Source: Candidatus Woesearchaeota archaeon (GTDB taxonomy: Archaea > Nanobdellota > Nanobdellia > SCGC-AAA011-G17 > PNOQ01). From it: 64,000 nt of DNA. Positions 1-10,198 of the stretch are shown here, piece after piece (within the stretch, counting starts at the first letter, position 1; each line of letters begins with the position of its first letter). The stretch spans positions 4,700 to 68,699 of the forward strand of contig CAZRTL010000005.1 in the NCBI GenBank assembly GCA_964603065.1. Direction: 5' to 3'. A program made the translations under genes and the position numbers. The notes beneath the pieces are model-generated. The model was given only the letters and a program-made list of their open reading frames with translations. It did no database searches and was not told the DNA's origin.

Positions 1-795
1 AACATAGGTAATAAAAGCAAGGAAGCTATAACTGTAAATCCTTTCATAATATCATTTAATTTATTAGAAACAGAACTCATGTACATTTCCATAGCACTTG
101 TTAACCTTTCTCTAAGTAATTCAGTAACTGCTACAACTTGATCAGTCTCTATTTTCAATTCAGATAACCAATTTTGATTTTTTGCACTAATGTGCCTAGA
201 ATATCCTCCAGAAATTAAATCGACCAAATTTCTATTGGAGGTCAAAGCCCTTCTTATAGACATAACAGTACCTTTTAAATTATAAATTTGTGAAGGATCA
301 CTTACTTTCCCATCTAAAATATTATCTTCCAAGATATCAAATTCGTCCTCTAGTTTATCTAACTCAGAATGAAATTTCTTATTTACATAAGAGGCAATCC
401 GAAAAAAAATATAAGTCAAACCATTCGAAAAAAATTCTTTTCCTTCCTTCCCACTTAGCAAAGAAAATAAATCATCTATAGAATAAACTTTTTTCTTATG
501 TACTGTAACAATAAATTTATTATTGACAAACAAACCAAACGGAGCATAATTTCGCTTTTGAGTCAATGATCTTAAGACAACTATAGAATAACTCTTCCTA
601 TTTGTTACTCTTGGTAATGCATCCTTATCTAATGTTCTATTCAAATCATCAACATAAATTCCAGTAAGTTTACTTATTCTCTTCAACTCAAGAGGAGTTG
701 GGTTAGTAACATCGATCCATATTCTATCTCCAACACTAAGAGAAAAAACAGATTTTTTCACAACCCCTTTTGAATACTTCAAAGATCTAATCATT
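1..795 (-). CDS. corA: CorA-family Mg2+/Co2+ transporter; the TM/GMN C-terminal end lies off the window
   Basis: Minus-strand frame starts at ATG 795-793 and runs open to the window edge. My own translation gives an N-terminal cytoplasmic domain ending ...NKLNDIMKGFTVIASLLLLPM, which matches the pre-GMN TM1 consensus N..MK.LT.I..I..P. The ORF is absent from the track because it has no in-window stop. Confidence 0.55.
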
Positions 796-877
796 TACTA
801 TTAAATCTTTAAAAAATTAATTTTTAAAGGTTTCTATCTTCCATAAGATTTTTAAATTAATTAACACTAACAAAAAT

Positions 878-997
878 ATGGATGAAAACAAAGAGGAAAA
901 CGTTTACAGCGATGAAGTTGTAGAATCAAAAGTGGATGATGACGAGTTAGATCCTGAAGAAGCAGGCTTTATGCAAGGATATAACGAAGAAGAGTAA
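878..997 (+). CDS. small acidic protein, 39 aa (MDENKEENVYSDEVVESKVDDDELDPEEAGFMQGYNEEE)
   Basis: Open ATG..TAA frame in an intergenic gap with an A/T-rich TATA-like stretch upstream; no homology recognised. Confidence 0.2.
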   Translation: MDENKEENVYSDEVVESKVDDDELDPEEAGFMQGYNEEE

Positions 998-1179
998 AAA
1001 TAAGATTTTTTTCTAGTTCTGATAGAGACAAGAATATCAAAAAAAGTTTATATTGGCGTCAAAGCAAGAGACGAACAAGATTAACGTCATTCCTAAGTCA
1101 ACCGAAATTAACAGATCTCAAGTTGCTCCGCCAATACAACTAATATTAATCTAAAAAATATTTAAAACTACCTATACCA

Positions 1180-1779
1180 CTATTCTGCGGTAAAATCATC
1201 AATACTATACTTAAAATCCTTGCTAGTTTTGATTAAACCTTTATTCTTCATATACTCCTTGGCCAAAACCCAGAATAAAATTGCTAAGCTCTTTTTACCT
1301 TTATTATTGCATGGAACAACCAAATCAATATTTGCACACTCATTATTTGTATCACAAAAAGCAATAACTGGGATTCCTAGTTTTGCTGCGTCTTCAACAG
1401 CGTTCTTATCTGGCCACGGATCACTAACTAAAATTAATTTTGCTTCAATAAAATCTTCCAAGTCTGCATTAGTTAATAACCCTGGAGGATATCTTCCGGT
1501 AATAACTCTTATTCCAGTTAACTTAGAAAATAATTTAGTTGGCTTCCAACCATTCTCTCTTCTACATACAACCAAGATATCTTTAGGTTCATATTGTGAT
1601 AATACACTAATAGCATTTTTTATTCTTTCATTTATTTGTTCAACATTTAAAACAGATAAACTATCAGATCTAACTTTGTAAATAAACTTAGACATAAACT
1701 TGGTCCTAAATTTAGTACCTATGTGGATGCCTGCTTTCAAATAATCATCCAATTCCACCAATAATTGATCTTCTGCCAT
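1180..1779 (-). CDS. rps2: 30S ribosomal protein S2 (uS2)
   Basis: ELDDYLKAGIHIGTKF and the overall S2 fold signature; 199 aa. Confidence 0.85.
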   Translation of the reverse strand: MAEDQLLVELDDYLKAGIHIGTKFRTKFMSKFIYKVRSDSLSVLNVEQINERIKNAISVLSQYEPKDILVVCRRENGWKPTKLFSKLTGIRVITGRYPPGLLTNADLEDFIEAKLILVSDPWPDKNAVEDAAKLGIPVIAFCDTNNECANIDLVVPCNNKGKKSLAILFWVLAKEYMKNKGLIKTSKDFKYSIDDFTAE

Positions 1780-1804
1780 TATCTATTTAGGCAAAATTAT
1801 CTAT

Positions 1805-2962
1805 TTATAAAACTTTTTGTTTAGCTCTAGAAATCTTCTTCAATCTATTATATTTAACAACTCTTTCCTTACCATAAATGCCACTCTTCAAAAAATCTGC
1901 CCCAAACATATAACTCAAATCTGCCAAAAAATCTTCTCTAGTCTCTCCAGATCTATGTGAAAATATAGTTTTAATCCTATTTAATTTACAATATTCAACA
2001 ACTTTCTTGACTTCAATCAAAGAACCAATCTGATTGGGTTTAATAATCACCCCATCAACTTTTGCTTTCTTTACTCTTTCTAAACTAGTAACTGTCAAAT
2101 CATCTCCCACTATCAAACAATCACTAACTTTTTTTCTTAATTCTGAAAATCCGGAAAAGTCTTCTTCATCTAATGGATCTTCTAAATAACCAATCTTATA
2201 CTTCTTAACTAAATGTACCAAAAATTCAATTTGTTCACTTTTACTTAATTTAACTTCTCTCTTGCTCTTAGAATAATTTTTATAATGATATTTTCCATTC
2301 TTAAAAAAACTAGAAGCAGCTACATCAATTCCTATTCTAATCCTATATCCTAACTTATAAGATAACTGATCAACGGCCTTGTTCAAAACTTCTAAAACTT
2401 CTAAATTACTCAAGTTAGTAACCCATGCACCCTCATCATTTTTTCTTTTAGATTTCAAAAGTTTTCCCAAATACAAATGTAGGGCCCTATTTACTTTAAC
2501 TCTATTAATAAAATCTCTACAATTTTCTACATAAACTAAAAATTCTTGAAAATCAGGTATTTTTTTACCTTTAGTATGTAAACCTCCGCCAATAACATTT
2601 CCCAAAGGAATTGGCAAAGCTCTATATCCAAAATTAAATTTTTTATAGGGCTTCTTAAAGTTCTTCAAAATTGCATACTCCAAAGCAATATTTGGATTTG
2701 AACCGAAATCAAAAACATCTTCAACTCTTTTCAAATCATCATATTTCTCTATTTTCATTTCTTCTAGTTTATCAAAAGAATTTATTTTATTCACAACAGA
2801 GTTAACACTCCCTACAAAATATTTTTTTTCATGCTTACCTTTACTCTTTCCAGCAGGAGCCGAAGCTCTAGACTTCCCAATATTAGATTTAACAGAAATT
2901 TCTATAGTATCTTCATTTCTAGAATTTTTTATTTTTCTAGCTTTAACCCCTTTTATAATCAT
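1805..2962 (-). CDS. eno: enolase
   Basis: SHRSGETED active-site signature and C-terminal KYNRLxxI; 385 aa. Confidence 0.88.
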   Translation of the reverse strand: MIIKGVKARKIKNSRNEDTIEISVKSNIGKSRASAPAGKSKGKHEKKYFVGSVNSVVNKINSFDKLEEMKIEKYDDLKRVEDVFDFGSNPNIALEYAILKNFKKPYKKFNFGYRALPIPLGNVIGGGLHTKGKKIPDFQEFLVYVENCRDFINRVKVNRALHLYLGKLLKSKRKNDEGAWVTNLSNLEVLEVLNKAVDQLSYKLGYRIRIGIDVAASSFFKNGKYHYKNYSKSKREVKLSKSEQIEFLVHLVKKYKIGYLEDPLDEEDFSGFSELRKKVSDCLIVGDDLTVTSLERVKKAKVDGVIIKPNQIGSLIEVKKVVEYCKLNRIKTIFSHRSGETREDFLADLSYMFGADFLKSGIYGKERVVKYNRLKKISRAKQKVL

Positions 2963-3014
2963 AATTTAAAAATTAAAATTCAAATATATAAAATTAACGA
3001 AAAAAAATAAAAAA

Positions 3015-3311
3015 TCACCAGCCTACTAATTCTTTTATTTCAGTTTCCTCTATGTCCCTTTCATGATATTTATTTGGAATTTCAGAAAGATGCATATCTA
3101 AACTAACATATTCTCCACTACCTACAGGACTTTCAACAAATATCTGATCGGGCCGAAAAGGTTCTACAGTTCTCAAAACCTGCCTATCTTCATATTGAAA
3201 TGTCTGAACAGTATTTTTCATTTGATCATCGCCAAGTGTAGCGGAAACCCCTCCTACTACAGCCCCTAAACTAAGTATTGCCACTGCTACTGGAAATTTA
3301 TCATCTGCCAT
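3015..3311 (-). CDS. hypothetical small protein with a hydrophobic N-terminal segment
   Basis: ORF with an AVAILSLGAVVGG TM-like stretch; no recognised family. Confidence 0.3.
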   Translation of the reverse strand: MADDKFPVAVAILSLGAVVGGVSATLGDDQMKNTVQTFQYEDRQVLRTVEPFRPDQIFVESPVGSGEYVSLDMHLSEIPNKYHERDIEETEIKELVGW

Positions 3312-3405
3312 TTTATTATTTCTCCTTATAATTTGATAAAAATAGTCAATAACTACCTTTTATAAATCTTTTTATTTATAACTACTAAAAAGTAAAAAGA
3401 AAAAA

Positions 3406-3597
3406 TTAAGGCATAGGCCTTTTAATGGTTATTGGTAAAACACCTTTTTCAAACTCCAACATTGCTATTTTTATAGGATTATAGTTAACTCCAGTCAACT
3501 CATCCTTATTCATCTTAAGCAATAAAGGTGCCCCCATAGATAATTGGAGGGCTCTTGCCCCAATTATTCTAGCTTTCTCGTACTTAGTTAGTTTCAT
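3406..3597 (-). CDS. rpoK: DNA-directed RNA polymerase subunit Rpo6 (RpoK/Rpb6)
   Basis: TKYEKARIIGARALQLSMGAP matches the Rpb6/RpoK core motif; its stop overlaps the start of the upstream gene. Confidence 0.75.
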   Translation of the reverse strand: MKLTKYEKARIIGARALQLSMGAPLLLKMNKDELTGVNYNPIKIAMLEFEKGVLPITIKRPMP

Positions 3598-4364
3598 TTC
3601 AAAACCTTCCTAATCTCAGCAGATTTTTTAACAGCTAACCCAATCATTTCATCTATCTGGTCTATTTCTAAACCTACCATTCCAGCCTTCTGCATAGCGT
3701 GAACATCTCCTTTCTCAGAAACAGCCACATTTATTCTTGCATCAAAGTTTTTTTCTTCTTCTAAAACTGGATCAACCATTGCTTTTCCACCAACATTAAC
3801 AACCGTACATGTTATTGGAATCAAGTTCAAGGGAATTTTATTCTTTGTAAACTCCCCAAATAAGATTCTATCTCCATCTAATTTAGGAAATACAGCACTC
3901 TTCAAAGCAGCAACTGCAGCCAAAGAAGCAGCATCTATTAGATTTCCCGCATTATTTATTGGGTAGATATCCAAGAAGATTGTCCATACTAATTCCCCTT
4001 CTCTAATACAAAGTTTCTTAGTATCCATCATCTTACTTTCCCTGATTCCCCTATCAACAACTCTAGCCAATTCAATAGCTTCTGGTCCAGGAGGTCCAGG
4101 TAAAAATTCGGGATCAGACATTGGACTTAGTTCAGCACCAGTAATTAATACTCCTTGATCAGGGCTATCTGGATAAGGTGTACCAACTGCCATCTTGACT
4201 CCAACTACAACTTCGGTTTCTCCCCAAGTCACTTTAGCAGAACCTTCAGCTTTATTAGAAATTCCCAATTCAATATTAATGGGTTTCCTTATTTCATCGA
4301 ATTTTCTTCCATCAATTCTAGCATCTTTATCCGCTAATTCCTTTATAAAATTGTTATTACTCAT
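3594..4364 (-). CDS. rrp42: exosome complex component Rrp42 (RNase PH-like)
   Basis: RIDGRKFDEIR...GSAKV RNase-PH motifs; lies in the canonical superoperon 3' of rrp41 with a 4-nt overlap. Confidence 0.8.
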   Translation of the reverse strand: MSNNNFIKELADKDARIDGRKFDEIRKPINIELGISNKAEGSAKVTWGETEVVVGVKMAVGTPYPDSPDQGVLITGAELSPMSDPEFLPGPPGPEAIELARVVDRGIRESKMMDTKKLCIREGELVWTIFLDIYPINNAGNLIDAASLAAVAALKSAVFPKLDGDRILFGEFTKNKIPLNLIPITCTVVNVGGKAMVDPVLEEEKNFDARINVAVSEKGDVHAMQKAGMVGLEIDQIDEMIGLAVKKSAEIRKVLK

Positions 4365-5065
4365 TTTCCTGTCTCCTTATACTTATCATTCAAGGCTTTT
4401 ACTTGAAGCTTCTTAATGGCTTGGATAGATTTTTTACCCATTTCCAAAGCTTCTTTTATTTCCTTTTGTGTCATTTTTCCATCCATCTGTAATAAAGTCA
4501 CTTTCCCAGATCTTGGTAAAACAGCAATAGGTAAATCAGTAGCTCCTTCCTCGAAATCTTCTTCTTCTTTAGTTAGATCGACACAAATTTTGTCTCCAAC
4601 TTTTCCAACAGCAACACTGCATACCAAATCTTTCATTGGTATTCCTGCATCAGCCAAAGCCAAAGCGGCAGCATTTATTCCAGCAGTTCTTGTTCCTGCA
4701 TCTGCCTGTAGCATATTTATGTAAACATCAACCCCTGTATTTGGAAATTTACTTAAATCCAAAATAGGCATCAATGCAGCTTCAGTAACTTTAGAAATTT
4801 CAGTACTTCTCCTAGTTGGACCAGGCCTTTTTCTTTCAGTTACAGAAAAACTCATCATGTCATAATGACATCTCAATATTCCCCTACTGTTATTTTGTAA
4901 AAACGAAGGGAATACATCTCGTGGACCAAAAACGGCAGCTATTGCTATTGTATTTCCCATTTTAAACATAGCACTTCCAGTAGCTCTCTTAATTACACCC
5001 ACTTTGGCTTCCATTGGTCTTATTTCATCAAATTTTCTTCCATCTGATCTTTTTGTATATGCCAT
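4361..5065 (-). CDS. rrp41: exosome complex exonuclease Rrp41 (RNase PH)
   Basis: RSDGRKFDEIRP...TGSAMF; 234 aa. Confidence 0.85.
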   Translation of the reverse strand: MAYTKRSDGRKFDEIRPMEAKVGVIKRATGSAMFKMGNTIAIAAVFGPRDVFPSFLQNNSRGILRCHYDMMSFSVTERKRPGPTRRSTEISKVTEAALMPILDLSKFPNTGVDVYINMLQADAGTRTAGINAAALALADAGIPMKDLVCSVAVGKVGDKICVDLTKEEEDFEEGATDLPIAVLPRSGKVTLLQMDGKMTQKEIKEALEMGKKSIQAIKKLQVKALNDKYKETGK

Positions 5066-5066
5066 T

Positions 5067-5756
5067 TTATTTACTCTCCTTCTTCAAAAAAGCACTAATC
5101 TTATCAGTAAGTCCTTCCCCATGAGCATCTTTTTCAACTTGTCTGATTGCTTTAACAGCTAAAAGTTGTTTGTCTGGCTCACTTCCAGAGATCCATACAT
5201 ATCCATTCTGCCCTACAACAATAAAACAATCTGTATGTTCCTTAATCAAAGAAATCATACTTCCCTGTTTTCCAATAATTCTTGGGACTCTTGTAGGTTG
5301 GACTTCTATTAGTCTTCCATTTGTCAATTTTTTAGTTCCAGGTAGTTTCATACTTGCATCAATAATTTTACTACCCACAACTTTAGTTATCTTAGCTGCA
5401 ACATAGTCTCCAATAGCATAATACTGACTTAAATCGGCACCATTTGGAATAAAATCTCTACTTCCATCTTTTAAAGGAATTGTTGCAAAAAATGCCCAGC
5501 CAAAATTAACTCTCCAGCCAAACATACCAATATCAACTATCTTTCCAATAATTGTATCTCCATCCTTAGGGGTGTATTTTCCACCTAAAGGGATAACTTT
5601 CAAAAGTCTATTATCTATATGAGCTAATCCTACTTTCAAAGATAAAATTTTATCATCCTCTCTAAACGCTCCTTCTCCAGGCAAATAATCCATGCCTTCA
5701 GCCAATTCCTCTCCGGGAACGACCAATTTTCTTTCTTCTATTAATATTTTTCCCAT
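5067..5756 (-). CDS. rrp4: exosome RNA-binding subunit Rrp4 (S1 + KH)
   Basis: S1-like and KH-like segments; position between SBDS and rrp41. Confidence 0.7.
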   Translation of the reverse strand: MGKILIEERKLVVPGEELAEGMDYLPGEGAFREDDKILSLKVGLAHIDNRLLKVIPLGGKYTPKDGDTIIGKIVDIGMFGWRVNFGWAFFATIPLKDGSRDFIPNGADLSQYYAIGDYVAAKITKVVGSKIIDASMKLPGTKKLTNGRLIEVQPTRVPRIIGKQGSMISLIKEHTDCFIVVGQNGYVWISGSEPDKQLLAVKAIRQVEKDAHGEGLTDKISAFLKKESK

Positions 5757-5766
5757 TTTATTTCTC

Positions 5767-6468
5767 CTATTTCATTTCTTTCGATTCTATCTGACCATGA
5801 GCAATATTATTCAAATCATTAAATAATCCTTCCTGCAAACCTGCAGGAACTTCAATATTAACAGATAATCTTCCATCACTCAGCCATTCTTCTTTTAACA
5901 ATTTAGCATATTTTTTTAGTATACCAAAACTTTTTCCAGATGCTTCAGCAGGAATTATTAAAGTCAGTTTTTTTATTTCGTAAGACATGGGCAAAATTTC
6001 CCTTAATTCCGAAACAACATTTTCAACTTGTTCCTCTGCCGATTTAAATTCCTCAATTTTAATTCTTTTTTCATCCATTGCACTTTCAATTCTTTCCAAA
6101 GGATGAGGCGTATTACTTTGAGGATTTACAGCATACTGAGAAATTAAAAAAGCAATTTTCTTTTTCTTTTCCTCTCTTAACTTATTTTTATATTCTGTTG
6201 TTAACTGTATTTCTCCAGTCTTAATTATTTTCTCTGCAATTTGTCTTTTATCTTCGGTTCCAAAAATTTTCACCAAATCATGCTCAGAAGCATGCTCTCC
6301 TTTTTTAGAGTCCTTAAAAATATCTTCGGTGATTAACGCATCGTCAAGTTCAGCATTTCCTTTTCTAAAATCCATAGCCTTTTCACAATCAACTAATACT
6401 TCAAAATTATGTTCCTGTTTTTTCAGTCTTGCCAATACGCTATTCTCTACACCATTCATTTTAGACAT
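5767..6468 (-). CDS. sdo1: SBDS/Sdo1 ribosome maturation protein
   Basis: N-terminal FYSH-domain-like sequence; conserved placement next to psmA. Confidence 0.75.
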   Translation of the reverse strand: MSKMNGVENSVLARLKKQEHNFEVLVDCEKAMDFRKGNAELDDALITEDIFKDSKKGEHASEHDLVKIFGTEDKRQIAEKIIKTGEIQLTTEYKNKLREEKKKKIAFLISQYAVNPQSNTPHPLERIESAMDEKRIKIEEFKSAEEQVENVVSELREILPMSYEIKKLTLIIPAEASGKSFGILKKYAKLLKEEWLSDGRLSVNIEVPAGLQEGLFNDLNNIAHGQIESKEMK

Positions 6469-7175
6469 TTCCTAATATGTTCCTTTGTCAATTTCTTAAA
6501 TCTTTTATCGCTAGTTCCAATTGAACATCCATCCAATCTATCTAAACTAAAATCCTTACCTAAAACTGACTTCAAGGAATTTGCAGCCAATTTTATTCCT
6601 TCTTCCATAGACATGCCTTCTTTATAATTTTTAGATAGAATATCTTTTAATTCATCTTCAAACTCGCCAATAGCAGTTGCCCTATATTCCCAATGTATTC
6701 CAGTTGGATCTGTCAAGAACAACTGAGGATGATCATTTACTCCAGCAAACAATAATGAAACTCCAAAAGGTCTCGCTCCACCATATTGAGTATAAGCTTG
6801 CTTCAAATTTGAAACTTCTTTAACTAAAGAATGTGGTTCCATTGGAGCATCATAAGTAACTCTATGTTGTTGTGCCAAAACTTGAGCCTTCTCAATCAAA
6901 ATTCTAGCATCGCTCATTATTCCAGAAGCTGCAGCCGCAATGTGCTCATCAACCTGAAATACTTTTTCAACACTACTAACGACCATTAATTTATCAATAA
7001 CTCTTTTATCGGCTATTAAAATTACACCGTCTCTACAAACTACTCCAACAACAGGAGTACCTTGTTTAACTGTTTTTTTAGCATATTCTACTTGTAATAA
7101 TCTTCCATCAGGACTAAACATTGTGCTTGCCCTATCATAACCCATCATTTGATGTTGAACTGATTCTTGTTGCAT
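6456..7175 (-). CDS. psmA: proteasome alpha subunit
   Basis: YDRASTMFSPDGRLLQVEYA alpha-subunit signature. Confidence 0.9.
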   Translation of the reverse strand: MQQESVQHQMMGYDRASTMFSPDGRLLQVEYAKKTVKQGTPVVGVVCRDGVILIADKRVIDKLMVVSSVEKVFQVDEHIAAAASGIMSDARILIEKAQVLAQQHRVTYDAPMEPHSLVKEVSNLKQAYTQYGGARPFGVSLLFAGVNDHPQLFLTDPTGIHWEYRATAIGEFEDELKDILSKNYKEGMSMEEGIKLAANSLKSVLGKDFSLDRLDGCSIGTSDKRFKKLTKEHIRKCLK

Positions 7176-7180
7176 TTATA

Positions 7181-7519
7181 TCATGCCTCCACAAATTTTT
7201 TTCTTGCTTTATTTAATATACCCGAAACTCCACTAACATTAACAACTACCTTTTCTTTTCCTATATTTTTCATTAAATTTAATGCCATTTTCATTTCATC
7301 TTGATATTTTACGTTTGTCTTTATTATTCCTTTGTTTCCTTTTATTGCGTCTTTTACAAGCATAAAACCTGACTTTGCCACACCCAATTCTCCAAGAAAT
7401 CTAGTCACATTCTCCTGAATTCCCTTTTCAAGGGCATTTTCAGATATTTTCTTGTCAGAAACGACTTCAAAAACAATGTAACGCTTCTTTTCCTTTAAAG
7501 TAGGTAATATCGGTTTCAT
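7181..7519 (-). CDS. RNase P protein subunit Pop5 (probable)
   Basis: N-terminal EKKRYIVFEV motif and its position immediately upstream of psmA in the exosome superoperon. Confidence 0.5.
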   Translation of the reverse strand: MKPILPTLKEKKRYIVFEVVSDKKISENALEKGIQENVTRFLGELGVAKSGFMLVKDAIKGNKGIIKTNVKYQDEMKMALNLMKNIGKEKVVVNVSGVSGILNKARKKFVEA

Positions 7520-7646
7520 CCTGTTAACCGAGAAGATCTTTCAAATCAAACAATATATTCTTCTCACGACAAAATCCAGTAGAAATTTGGGGTTTATAAA
7601 CTTTTCTTTTACTTCAGTGATTTGGAATATAAATAAGCGAACTGAA

Positions 7647-8165
7647 CTATTTCTTTTTCTTAACGGTTTTCTTCTTAACCACCTTAGGTTTTTTCTTAGA
7701 AACAGGTTTTTTAGCTGGTTTCTTCACTACTTTCTTTTTAGCAGGTTTTTTTTTCACTTTCTTTTCTGCTTTTTTCTTAACGGTTTTCTTCTTAACAGCC
7801 TTCTTAATTTTAGTAGGTTTTCTAGTAAAATACTGCCAACAGGGATAAATTTTCTTTGTATATGGGCTAGCTTTCCAAATTTTAGTTACTTTCCCATTCA
7901 AAACATCTATTCTACAAAAAGTGGAATAAACTGCCGGTTGCATATAAGTACTTTCTTTCAAAACAAACTGTATATCATACATCCCAGAACTCCAATTTTC
8001 AGTAAATTGTTGAATATGTCTTTTCAAGTCCAACATACTATAAGCATTATGTCTCCTAATGTTAATATATTTATTTTTATGGTAAGGTGATTTATAGGTA
8101 TCTCTTATTTTCAAAACAATCATAGATCGAGTAAAATTAACCTTCAATTCTTCATCAATTTTCAT
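7647..8165 (-). CDS. hypothetical protein with a ~50-aa poly-Lys C-terminal tail (KKxxKK repeats)
   Basis: Globular N-terminal ~120 aa followed by KKAVKKKTVKKKAEKKVKKKPAKKKVVKKPAKKPVSKKKPKVVKKKTVKKKK. Confidence 0.4.
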   Translation of the reverse strand: MKIDEELKVNFTRSMIVLKIRDTYKSPYHKNKYINIRRHNAYSMLDLKRHIQQFTENWSSGMYDIQFVLKESTYMQPAVYSTFCRIDVLNGKVTKIWKASPYTKKIYPCWQYFTRKPTKIKKAVKKKTVKKKAEKKVKKKPAKKKVVKKPAKKPVSKKKPKVVKKKTVKKKK

Positions 8166-8191
8166 TTAAGAGAAAAAATAATAAAAGAAGT

Positions 8192-8623
8192 TTATAAATT
8201 TTTCGCGTATTTCGCCAAAATTCTCTCAAAAACTCGCATACAATCCTTATTTCTCTGCTCAAATTTACTTTTTGAAAAATTAGAAAAAATCATTTTAACT
8301 TTATATTTTTTGCATAATTTATAATTAAAAAACATTCTTCCAAGAATTTTAGCTCTCTCCTCAGTTCTCAATAACAAAGAAAAATCAAAACCGATGGCAA
8401 TATCATTTTTTTTAGCTAATTTACATAAAACCTGATTCAACCCGGATTTTCTATAATGAAAGCTATCTTTTTTATCATTCAACTCCGGGGAAAGTAAAAT
8501 ATCGACTTTTTTATTCTCTAGAGCGGACCTATTTATTTTATCATCTCCTCCCAAAACGATAACAGGACTTTTAGCTTTATTTATATCATTCCTCAGATCT
8601 TTGGAGTTTTTTATAATATTCAT
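8192..8623 (-). CDS. RNase P subunit Rpp30-like, N-terminally short (143 aa)
   Basis: VDILLSPE...IAIGFDFSLLL...KLCKKYKVKMIFSN aligns by eye to the C-terminal half of archaeal Rpp30. Confidence 0.45.
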   Translation of the reverse strand: MNIIKNSKDLRNDINKAKSPVIVLGGDDKINRSALENKKVDILLSPELNDKKDSFHYRKSGLNQVLCKLAKKNDIAIGFDFSLLLRTEERAKILGRMFFNYKLCKKYKVKMIFSNFSKSKFEQRNKDCMRVFERILAKYAKNL

Positions 8624-8646
8624 AAAAGCAAGCTGAAATTAAAAAT

Positions 8647-9132
8647 TTATAAAACTTCTTTTTTAACAAAATCCACTATATCTTTAATTTTATATCCTTC
8701 ACTAGTGTTAACAATCAATAAATTATGCTTTTTTTCTTTGGCCTCAATAACAAAGCTATCAAAAATCTCAACTTCCAGATTATCTTTTATTTTCTTAGAA
8801 GAATATTTTCTCTTTTTTAATCTCTTCTTCAATTCAGAAATGTCACAAGTTGTAATTATGCACAAATCAACATATTTTTTTGGAACTAAATGAGCGAAAA
8901 TAGAATCAATAACCAAATTTTTACCTTTTTTTATTTTTTCAACCAAAAACCTAATTAGTTTCTTTTCATCCATTATCAAACAATCTTTTTCTTTATCAAA
9001 ACCCTCCGATAATTTATTTTTTTTGATTTCCTTGGTAACATCAATATATTCGAAATTCAAACTTTTAGCCAATTTTTTGCTTAAATTAGTTTTACCAGAA
9101 CCGACTGAACCCGAAACACAAATTATTTTCAT
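8647..9132 (-). CDS. P-loop NTP kinase, adenylate kinase 6 / Fap7-like
   Basis: MKIICVSGSVGSGKT Walker A; ~160 aa, the size of AK6/Fap7. Confidence 0.5.
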   Translation of the reverse strand: MKIICVSGSVGSGKTNLSKKLAKSLNFEYIDVTKEIKKNKLSEGFDKEKDCLIMDEKKLIRFLVEKIKKGKNLVIDSIFAHLVPKKYVDLCIITTCDISELKKRLKKRKYSSKKIKDNLEVEIFDSFVIEAKEKKHNLLIVNTSEGYKIKDIVDFVKKEVL

Positions 9133-9244
9133 AAATAAATGATTTATATGGCGGTTAATAAAGTTTATTACTAGAAAATAGAACTACTTAAGAATAGTTA
9201 TTTATGGAAAAGTTTATAAATCATAAATAAACATCCGATTTAAA

Positions 9245-10141
9245 ATGTTTAAGGAAAATTTAGTTCAGGCAAACTTGAAGATATTAATGAATTTAGATCA
9301 ACAATCATTATCTCTTGAACAATTGGCCGATAATATGAAAATAAAGCAAGGTAAATTAGCAACCCCTTTAAGAATTCTTCAAGAACAAGGATTGATTCAA
9401 GAAGTTAATGGGTCTTATCAATTACATTCAACCTCAGAACCAATAAAAGAACTTCTAGCCTTAATAAAACCCTGGACGGATTATTTCGATGGCCAATATT
9501 ATGAAGTTGCAAAAGATGTAGCTGAAATAATCCTTACAAAATCATGGGGCGAAGTAGGAGTTAAAGATGTCCTTCTTTTTGGATCTGCATCTAGAGGGGA
9601 AACAAATCCTAATGATCTTGATATATTAATATTACATGAGGGGCATAAGCTTCAAGAATTTGACATAGATCCTTATGGGAAAAGATCGGATTGGGAAACA
9701 AAACACGATATGCCAGCTATTAAAGGAAATAAAAGGTATGATGCCTATAGCATTTTTAGTCAGTTAGGATATAAGGGAGATCCAATAGATAACTTTCAAA
9801 CCGATAACTTAAAAAAAGAGAGGGAATTACAAAAAGATTCGGCTTTCAATAATATTGTTAGAAGAGTCGAACCATTTGGAATTAGACTTCCAACAGAATG
9901 GAAATTTGAAGATAGAAATCAATTTGCCGCACTTTTTGATGTTCATGTTCTTTCAACAGAATTATTTGAAAGAGAAGGATATCGTGTAAAATATAGGGAA
10001 GAAGCAATAGAATCCTGCAGAGATCCAACTTTTTGGTATACAGTCTTAAGTGCTGGAAAACTATATGATCCAAAAAAACATGATTTCACTGGAAAGGTAG
10101 AAGATAAATATCCCGGCGTAATAGAATTGTTTGAGAGATAA
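9245..10141 (+). CDS. winged-helix + Pol-beta-superfamily nucleotidyltransferase domain protein
   Basis: N-terminal wHTH-like segment, then LFGSASRGETNPNDLDILIL (GS..DxD NTase motif). Confidence 0.6.
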   Translation: MFKENLVQANLKILMNLDQQSLSLEQLADNMKIKQGKLATPLRILQEQGLIQEVNGSYQLHSTSEPIKELLALIKPWTDYFDGQYYEVAKDVAEIILTKSWGEVGVKDVLLFGSASRGETNPNDLDILILHEGHKLQEFDIDPYGKRSDWETKHDMPAIKGNKRYDAYSIFSQLGYKGDPIDNFQTDNLKKERELQKDSAFNNIVRRVEPFGIRLPTEWKFEDRNQFAALFDVHVLSTELFEREGYRVKYREEAIESCRDPTFWYTVLSAGKLYDPKKHDFTGKVEDKYPGVIELFER

Positions 10142-10198
10142 CGTCAAATTCTTAAAAAACAAAATATTTATATACTATAGTTCAACTATAGTTATTCT

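Noticed and set aside
290-481. Track ORF 290-481 (+).
   Set aside because: It lies antisense inside the better-supported minus-strand CorA-like frame that runs from 795 to the window edge.
1220-1681. Track ORF antisense to rps2. Similar antisense/shadow ORFs include 4155-4416, 4416-4724, 5170-5406, 6409-6627, 7587-8090, 13774-14160, 14946-15542, 15714-16082, 38219-39502 (+), 47176-47604 (-), 58355-58836 (-) and 61107-61319 (+).
   Set aside because: Low-complexity translations on the opposite strand of genes with clear homology; typical AT-rich shadow ORFs.
7591-7601. Palindromic TTTATAAA upstream of Pop5 as its promoter.
   Set aside because: It sits about 75 nt from the ATG, which is longer than usual; it is plausible but not strong enough to list as a feature.
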